A DNA stretch of 64,000 bases, taken from IMG/VR virus record IMGVR_UViG_2630968963_000002, positions 4,204-68,203 of that record; one strand, 5' to 3'. The notes under the pieces are model-generated. The model had not been told where the DNA came from. It did not search any database and worked only from the letters and a program-made list of their open reading frames with translations. The translations under genes and the position numbers were made by a program. This document shows positions 58,104 through 64,000 of this stretch, piece by piece. Numbering within the stretch: position 1 is the first letter of the stretch; each line of letters opens with the position of its first letter. Origin of the DNA: a virus. Lineage: Duplodnaviria > Caudoviricetes.

Positions 58104-58976
58104 CTATGCTATTGATATCTGACCGTCTATATTATCTTCACTTTCCGTAACTTCTGTGAACTCTACATCTTGTACATTTTCATGCTTTTTAGGTTCATAG
58201 TTTGCTATTAGTTTTAAAACTTCCTCTGCTTCTTCAAAGGTTAATTTATGTAGATCATATCCATTACTGTGACAAAACTCTTCTAACTTACTTGTATCTT
58301 TTTTAGTTTCAAAACTGAATAGGTCCTTTTGAGATGCTAAAGCTAATATCATATTCTTTTGTTTGGGACTTGCTGTGCCAGGCACTATTTCTTTTTCCGG
58401 TAACTTTGTATCTACTCCCATTTCACTTGCATCATATAACCCTTGTAAATCTTCTGGGAATGCTTCTCTTAATGCTGTAACCATTGCACATTTTCTAATC
58501 ATTACCATAGGCATTGTTTTCCATGTAGACTGCGACTTTGAATATTCCTCTAAACTTACTACTGACTTTATAGGAAACTTTTTATCACTTGTGTATACTT
58601 CACACCACCCACCTATTAAAGTCTCTCCTGGTAACTTTAAAGAACCTTCTCTTTCGTGCGTATTACCTTCTTTATCAACTGTAACGATTCCAGCTTTCAT
58701 ACCTTCAAAGTTTGGATTTCTATATGCTCTTTTTACAAATACATCTTTACCAACAACTATATTAGCTGGACTTGTACCAAATTTTATTAAATATGCTTCC
58801 CTTATAAAAGGATTCAATTTCTGTGCTTTACATAACTCTATAAACATCAATGTTTCTTGCTCTGTAACTGCTCCATTTCCACTTGTAAGGTAATTCTTTA
58901 CTGTGTCTGCTGTAAGTACTTGTCCACCTTCTAAAGTAAATTCTGCTAGTGCTAAAGCATTATTATTTTTATTCAT
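58104..58976 (-). CDS. Bet/RecT-like single-strand annealing protein
   Basis: LNPFIREAYLIKF, MIRKCA..ALREAFP..GLY..EM. Confidence 0.9.
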   Translation of the reverse strand: MNKNNNALALAEFTLEGGQVLTADTVKNYLTSGNGAVTEQETLMFIELCKAQKLNPFIREAYLIKFGTSPANIVVGKDVFVKRAYRNPNFEGMKAGIVTVDKEGNTHEREGSLKLPGETLIGGWCEVYTSDKKFPIKSVVSLEEYSKSQSTWKTMPMVMIRKCAMVTALREAFPEDLQGLYDASEMGVDTKLPEKEIVPGTASPKQKNMILALASQKDLFSFETKKDTSKLEEFCHSNGYDLHKLTFEEAEEVLKLIANYEPKKHENVQDVEFTEVTESEDNIDGQISIA

Positions 58977-58988
58977 TTGTTTTACCCC

Positions 58989-59513
58989 CTACTTTTTAGT
59001 TTTTGGAATAATAAGACTTGTCCCAGCTTCAATATGGCAACCTTCTATCTCTATTCCTGCTTTTATTTGTTTTTTAATAAGATTGCTATCTACTTTTACA
59101 GTTGTTGTAACTACTTCTTCTTTGTATATATTTGGTATAAGGTCTATATCATCTATTTTTAAGCTTCCTGAATTATTTCTTATTGATATTTTTCCCAAAT
59201 CAGTTTCAATCTTTGTTGTACCTAATAACTCCATGCTATCTTTAAGCATTGATTTAATATTTTCTTCTTTCTTCTTAACTTGTTTCTTTAGGTCCTGTAA
59301 TCTCTTAATTTCCCCATCTATAGCATTAATTTGACTATCTATATTTCTGAATACATGTATAAATCCAACTGACTTATTTTGTATTTCATTTCTAATTATT
59401 TGATTAGCTTTTACTAAGTTCTCTGCTAGATCTTCTTCTCCAGCTTGTAAATATTCTTCTATTAAATTATCTACTTCTAAAAAGTTAGAAGTTAATTGAT
59501 ATAATGAGCTCAT
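58989..59513 (-). CDS. Siphovirus Gp157-family protein
   Basis: LYQLT..EIKRL..K...IKAG.EIEG. Confidence 0.85.
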   Translation of the reverse strand: MSSLYQLTSNFLEVDNLIEEYLQAGEEDLAENLVKANQIIRNEIQNKSVGFIHVFRNIDSQINAIDGEIKRLQDLKKQVKKKEENIKSMLKDSMELLGTTKIETDLGKISIRNNSGSLKIDDIDLIPNIYKEEVVTTTVKVDSNLIKKQIKAGIEIEGCHIEAGTSLIIPKTKK

Positions 59514-59598
59514 TTATATTCCTCCTAAAATGTGATATAATTTACTTGATACAATTTACTTAATATTTTTTAATTGGACCTCTGCAAAGGTCATTTTT

Positions 59599-59838
59599 TT
59601 ATATAACTCCAAGATAAGGTATGTTATCATTCATAGCCTCATACAATATGTCATATTCCTTTGTATCGTCTTTTAACATTAGTTCAATTTCTTGTAGTTG
59701 ATATTTCAACCAATTTATCTCATCTTTATTTGCAGATTTATAAACTTTATGAACTTCTGCATCATCTATATTATTTTCTAATGCTTTTATTCTTGCTTTC
59801 ATACTGCCTATAACATCTTCTAATATCCAGTTACTCAT
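59599..59838 (-). CDS. Hypothetical early protein
   Basis: Coupled to upstream ORF; start MSNW. Confidence 0.65.
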   Translation of the reverse strand: MSNWILEDVIGSMKARIKALENNIDDAEVHKVYKSANKDEINWLKYQLQEIELMLKDDTKEYDILYEAMNDNIPYLGVI

Positions 59839-60154
59839 TTTTCTCACCCTTGTTCGTATAATATTTTTTCATTCTTCTTTTTCTTGCACATGGTTTACAT
59901 TCATATCCAAAACCATTTTTATAATTTTTATTTACATAAAAGTTCTCTGAATTAGCTTCTAGTATCTTTTTGCAGGTACTACATTTTTGATAACCATATT
60001 CTTGTAATGTACCTCTTACAAATCCTTTTCTGTGTGCAAAGTTATAAAGTTGCTGAACATCCATATTAAATTTATCTGCTATATCTTTTACATCGTTAAA
60101 AGGATTTTCATACATTTCTTTTAATTCCCATAACTTTTCTTTAGTTAATTTCAT
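59831..60154 (-). CDS. Hypothetical protein with HTH-like N-terminus and Zn finger
   Basis: CSTC...CKPC. Confidence 0.7.
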   Translation of the reverse strand: MKLTKEKLWELKEMYENPFNDVKDIADKFNMDVQQLYNFAHRKGFVRGTLQEYGYQKCSTCKKILEANSENFYVNKNYKNGFGYECKPCARKRRMKKYYTNKGEKNE

Positions 60155-60290
60155 ATCTCCACCTATCTAGTAAAACCTTTTAACTTTCCATCATGTATAA
60201 TGAAATACAGACCTAAACTCTTAAAATACTCACACTGCTCAAGTGTTATACTTTTTATATCGACTATTTTTAAATCCATATCTTCTCCCC

Positions 60291-60491
60291 CTAATTTAAG
60301 CTCTTCTCAAGTTCTTTCTTTTTATTAAGTTCTATTGTCTTCTCAAGTCCTCTTTTTAACGCTTCAACATATTCAACTGGCTTACAAGCTATAATTCCTT
60401 TTGCCAATCCTTCACACATAATATCTTGAAACTTATCCATATTTTCCGGTGTAGGATAATTACAAATTACAGTGATTTCCTTTTTAGCCAT
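60291..60491 (-). CDS. Hypothetical early protein
   Basis: Start MAKKEI by GAGGTG SD. Confidence 0.65.
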   Translation of the reverse strand: MAKKEITVICNYPTPENMDKFQDIMCEGLAKGIIACKPVEYVEALKRGLEKTIELNKKKELEKSLN

Positions 60492-60546
60492 CACCTCACC
60501 CCCATATAAATACTTATGTTTATAAAAATTTGTCCTATTCAAATTC

Positions 60547-60741
60547 TTATTTAACTAATTCATCTATTGTAATTCCAAGATAATCAGCTATAGCTTTTAC
60601 TGTATAAACTCCTGGATTTAAATTCTTACCTTGTGTGATTTTATATATGTTACTTACTGGTATATTCGCTTCTTTTGCTAACTTATGTATGCTCATATTT
60701 CTTTCTTCCAACAATTGATTTATTTTGTCATCTATTGCCAT
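60547..60741 (-). CDS. XRE-family HTH regulator
   Basis: Positional and sequence counterpart of 26796..27005. Confidence 0.85.
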   Translation of the reverse strand: MAIDDKINQLLEERNMSIHKLAKEANIPVSNIYKITQGKNLNPGVYTVKAIADYLGITIDELVK

Positions 60742-60809
60742 CTCATTACTCCTTTTGATATAATTTTTTATGGAATATTTTCCAAATATTTATGAAGGAC
60801 GGTGTTTTT

Positions 60810-61058
60810 ATGTGGTCATCTTATGGAGTAAAATTCAAATGTCCAACTTGTAATGAAACTTTTACTGTTAGAACAAAATATCTATTAGATAAAGATTCTG
60901 TCACTTGTTCTTGTTGCGACTATAAATTTCCTGATGAGGTTATATCTAACATAAAAAAATCTATTCAATATGCTTCTAAAGCATTTGTTTTTGTTAGAGA
61001 TAATGATTTATCAAATAAGTTAGAATTTGATTTTTTAACTATTCCAAAGGAAGATTAA
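60810..61058 (+). CDS. Counter-oriented small zinc-ribbon protein
   Basis: CPTC...CSCC; upstream TGATATAAT. Confidence 0.7.
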   Translation: MWSSYGVKFKCPTCNETFTVRTKYLLDKDSVTCSCCDYKFPDEVISNIKKSIQYASKAFVFVRDNDLSNKLEFDFLTIPKED

Positions 61059-61380
61059 AGTCATCAACCTTAGGTATTGAATTAGATGTATGCTTCTCTT
61101 GAACTTGCCTTTCTTGAGCAGTTTTATTTCTGTCTAATTTCTTATAAGCATATAGTGCGTGTTCTTTTATCATTCTTGATAATTCAAACTTCTGCATCCT
61201 GAATCTATACAAATCGTCATCACAATCTTTTATACAAATACTTTTAATTTCTCTCTTGTCTGAATCTTTTTCAAAGTTGCGTTCAATAATTAAATTTTTT
61301 CTTGTTTCCTTTGTTGTTAAAATATTTTCATCTATACTTTCTATTAATTCTTTAATTGATAAGTTGCATAATTCGTTCAT
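61039..61380 (-). CDS. Hypothetical early protein
   Basis: GAGG SD, 113 aa. Confidence 0.65.
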   Translation of the reverse strand: MNELCNLSIKELIESIDENILTTKETRKNLIIERNFEKDSDKREIKSICIKDCDDDLYRFRMQKFELSRMIKEHALYAYKKLDRNKTAQERQVQEKHTSNSIPKVDDFNLPLE

Positions 61381-61391
61381 ACCTCTACCTC

Positions 61392-61889
61392 CTACTTTTC
61401 AATTCTTTGGTCTTCTTTAAATTTAGGTAGCTTATCTTGTAATTCTTGTTTTGTTACAGGTACGCCTACTAATTCAACAACAGCTCTATCTCTTGGATTA
61501 CCAAATAATGATGACCCTATATCATTCAAACGTTTTTCAAGCTTTAAAAAAGCCATTCTTTTACTAGTTGCTTTTTGATATAACTTAAAATCTACTCTCT
61601 CTGTTGAAACAATATATAAACAATCTCCAACTTGACTATCTAATTTTGCATTGATTAAATTGTTAACAGTTACATCTAATGCTTTTGCTAATTTTTCAAC
61701 TTCATCAAGTCTTATACGGTGCTTAACATTCTCGATATTACTTAATCTACTTAGTTTTATTCCTGATTTTTTAGCTAGTTGTTCTTGTGTTAATCCTAAA
61801 GCTTTTCTTTTATCAACAATGTTTATTGCTACATCGCAATAAAAGTCATATCCTATTCTTTCTAAAATACTATCTCCATAAAATCTCAT
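61392..61889 (-). CDS. XRE HTH protein with C-terminal extension
   Basis: LTQEQLAKKSGI..LSNIEN..KLAKAL. Confidence 0.85.
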   Translation of the reverse strand: MRFYGDSILERIGYDFYCDVAINIVDKRKALGLTQEQLAKKSGIKLSRLSNIENVKHRIRLDEVEKLAKALDVTVNNLINAKLDSQVGDCLYIVSTERVDFKLYQKATSKRMAFLKLEKRLNDIGSSLFGNPRDRAVVELVGVPVTKQELQDKLPKFKEDQRIEK

Positions 61890-61902
61890 ATTAAATTACC
61901 TC

Positions 61903-62691
61903 CTAATTAAAAGTTATTTGTCTAACGTTATCTGCAACTAAATGTAATTGCATATTTTTAAGTTTTATGTCCTGTTCAAGTGCATAAGGTAATCTATAAT
62001 TACTAACTATCTCCATTGCACTATCAAACTGACATCTTTTTATTGCTTCATATCTATTTACATCAAATTCTCTTTTAATTTGATTTTGAATATCTGAATA
62101 AACCTTACCTCTCAAAGAATTATCATTATATGCTGGAGTTTTATATCCGCCTAATGCTTTCGTTCCTATTTTTCTAACAAGTGCTTGTAATTCTTTACAT
62201 TCCACTTGGAAAAGAGGTATATCTCCTTTAAAATCTTCAAACTCATTTTTTACTTCTTCTATCTTATGTTCCTGTTCTTTTATTGCTTTGAATTGTAATT
62301 CTAATAGCTCCATAGGACTTAATGGTTTTACTGGTTGTTGTAATTTATTTTCCAGTATATTTATGTATTGAATTGTTTTAGCTCTTACCACTGCACTTTC
62401 TTTATTTAATATTTGCAGTGCTGCATCTCTGTTTAGAGAATAGCAAGGCTGTTCTTTATTTTGAGAATTTATATAAGATGACTGTACAAAATTGTACTGT
62501 CCTTCGAATCCTGCATTTTTTAAATCTTCAATTTCTTTTCTTATGTCTCTCATCAAAGTATTGTGTTGCTTTATATTGTCATTACCTTCTTCAATTCTGA
62601 ATTTATTGATCATATCTACTAAATCCACACTACTAATTCTTACTTCATTTTTTTGAATTACTTCATAACTTGCTAGTAAACTGCCTTTCAT
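61903..62691 (-). CDS. Antirepressor-like (Rha-like N-terminus plus ORF6C)
   Basis: H..LMRDIR..SSYINSQNKEQPCY; KVYSDI...KREFDV.RY.AI. Confidence 0.85.
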   Translation of the reverse strand: MKGSLLASYEVIQKNEVRISSVDLVDMINKFRIEEGNDNIKQHNTLMRDIRKEIEDLKNAGFEGQYNFVQSSYINSQNKEQPCYSLNRDAALQILNKESAVVRAKTIQYINILENKLQQPVKPLSPMELLELQFKAIKEQEHKIEEVKNEFEDFKGDIPLFQVECKELQALVRKIGTKALGGYKTPAYNDNSLRGKVYSDIQNQIKREFDVNRYEAIKRCQFDSAMEIVSNYRLPYALEQDIKLKNMQLHLVADNVRQITFN

Positions 62692-62703
62692 CTTTATTCC
62701 CCC

Positions 62704-62919
62704 TTAATTTATAACCATTTTGGTTGGTTTGTTGTTAAAAAAAATTTCTTCTGGATTTTTCTTTAAAACATAAGCTATTTTAATTGCTTCTCTTATAGTA
62801 AATTCAGTTTGCCCTTGTTCTTTCTTTTGATAAGTAGAATAAGGCATTTCAATTAATCGAGCTAATTGTCGTTGTGTTAATCCATTTTCTGCTCTGGCTG
62901 CTTTAAGCTTTCTGTTCAT
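62704..62919 (-). CDS. Cro-like HTH repressor
   Basis: LTQRQLARLIEM..STYQKKEQG; start MNRK by GAGGTGA SD. Confidence 0.88.
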   Translation of the reverse strand: MNRKLKAARAENGLTQRQLARLIEMPYSTYQKKEQGQTEFTIREAIKIAYVLKKNPEEIFFNNKPTKMVIN

Positions 62920-62940
62920 ATATTCACCTCTAATCTCTAT

Positions 62941-63091
62941 AACCATTTTGGTAAGTCATTTATATTTCAATAATACTACCACTTTGGTTGTAAGTCAACC
63001 GTTTTTTATTATTTATTTTTAATTTTTGGTTGATTATATATATTTTTTGGTTGATTTTCACTATAATTTAAATTAAATAACCATTTAGGTA
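62941..63091. promoter_or_regulatory. Lysis/lysogeny operators ACCA-N3-(T/A)GGT
   Basis: AACCATTTTGGT 62941 (also 62713), TACCACTTTGGT 62977, AACCATTTAGGT 63079. Confidence 0.75.
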
Positions 63092-63121
63092 AGATTTTTA
63101 AATTTAATATGGAGGTTATAC

Positions 63122-63472
63122 ATGGATATGTTAAGTAATAGATTAAAACAATTGAGAATAGAAAAAGGTAAAACACAAAAAGAAATGGCAAAAGATTTAG
63201 GTACTACAGATGTATCTATTGGAAGATACGAAAAAGGAGAAAGAGAACCAAAAACAGATATGTTAAATGCTTTGGCAAACTACTTTGATGTTACAACAGA
63301 CTACCTTCTTGGTCGTACAGACGAAAAAAATCCTAAAAAAGAAATCAATAATGCTACAACTATAGCCGCTCATAGACTTGGGGATATTGAACAACTTCCA
63401 GATGATGCAATTGATGAAATAAACAATTATATAGATTTAATGAGATTAAAATATTTAAAAGATAAAAAGTAA
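63122..63472 (+). CDS. CI/ImmR-like repressor
   Basis: XRE HTH, VTTDYLLGRT, TIAAH. Confidence 0.92.
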   Translation: MDMLSNRLKQLRIEKGKTQKEMAKDLGTTDVSIGRYEKGEREPKTDMLNALANYFDVTTDYLLGRTDEKNPKKEINNATTIAAHRLGDIEQLPDDAIDEINNYIDLMRLKYLKDKK

Positions 63473-63490
63473 TGGGAGTGTTGGGGGAGT

Positions 63491-64000
63491 ATGGATAAAT
63501 TAGAACATCTTTTACAAATAGCAGCCGATGAAAATATCTTGTTACATTACGATGATTATATCCCCTATAACTTAGAAGGGTTGTATGTGAACATAAAAGA
63601 TGTTGGTCCTGCTATTTTTCTTTTAAAAAAATTGAAGCAAAATAAATCTAAACATATTGAAATATTAGGGGAAGAGCTAGGTCACCATTTCACAAGTGTA
63701 GGCGATAGTATTTGTAATGCTTCTACATATAGAGATAAATTAAATATACTTAAATGTGAAAAGCAAGCTACTGATTGGAGTACTAATCATATAATCACAA
63801 ATAAAGAACTAACTAAAGCTCTAGAGCATGGATGCAATTCATTTTATGAAATATCAGAATTTCTAAATGTTAATGAACATATAGTAAGAGATAAATTTGA
63901 GTACTTAGCTAGAAAAAGTAGTACAGGCTATATTCAGTTAGGTAGTTATAAAGTTATACTTACTAATCTGCCTAATATTTATTTGTATAAGGATTTATAG
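63491..64000 (+). CDS. ImmA/IrrE-family metallopeptidase
   Basis: LGEELGHHFTSVG...EKQA; adjacent to CI. Confidence 0.88.
   Translation: MDKLEHLLQIAADENILLHYDDYIPYNLEGLYVNIKDVGPAIFLLKKLKQNKSKHIEILGEELGHHFTSVGDSICNASTYRDKLNILKCEKQATDWSTNHIITNKELTKALEHGCNSFYEISEFLNVNEHIVRDKFEYLARKSSTGYIQLGSYKVILTNLPNIYLYKDL

Larger units (their letters stand above)
34089..64000. mobile_element. Prophage 2 (temperate siphovirus); right end and integrase outside window
   Basis: Lysin-holin-tail-head-terminase-late activator-replication-recombination-Cro/CI/ImmA order. Confidence 0.95.

Noticed and set aside
5056-63191. Other ORF-track entries antisense to confident genes (e.g. 6140..6634, 12791..13210, 39376..40038, 58363..58893)
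   Set aside because: Fully overlap well-supported genes on the opposite strand, with no recognisable motifs

Overview
AT-rich, Clostridium-like DNA made up almost entirely of two head-to-tail temperate siphovirus prophages. Prophage 1 (1 to ~33860) runs from tail fibre through head/packaging, replication and lysogeny genes to a large serine integrase. Prophage 2 (~34090 to window end) runs from lysis through tail, head/packaging and replication to the CI/ImmA switch; its integrase presumably lies beyond the window. Only ~225 bp separate them: an internal fragment of a GidA/TrmFO-like flavoprotein gene, so both phages appear to sit in the same host gene at two different sites. Most notable: (1) a non-coding tandem array of three promoter-short RNA-terminator cassettes with sporulation-sigma-like (SigG/SigE) promoters at 55757-56124; (2) the doubly interrupted host gene, an A9 slippery run at the integrase 3' end whose -1 frame stays open across the att junction, and a start-less HTH frame open from the other junction; (3) conflict cargo: Tad1, two MuF toxin-immunity pairs, an ABC-ATPase plus PD-(D/E)xK pair, a lone nuclease and a tiny Spo0E-like gene. 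All family calls come from motif recognition by eye; no searches were run.
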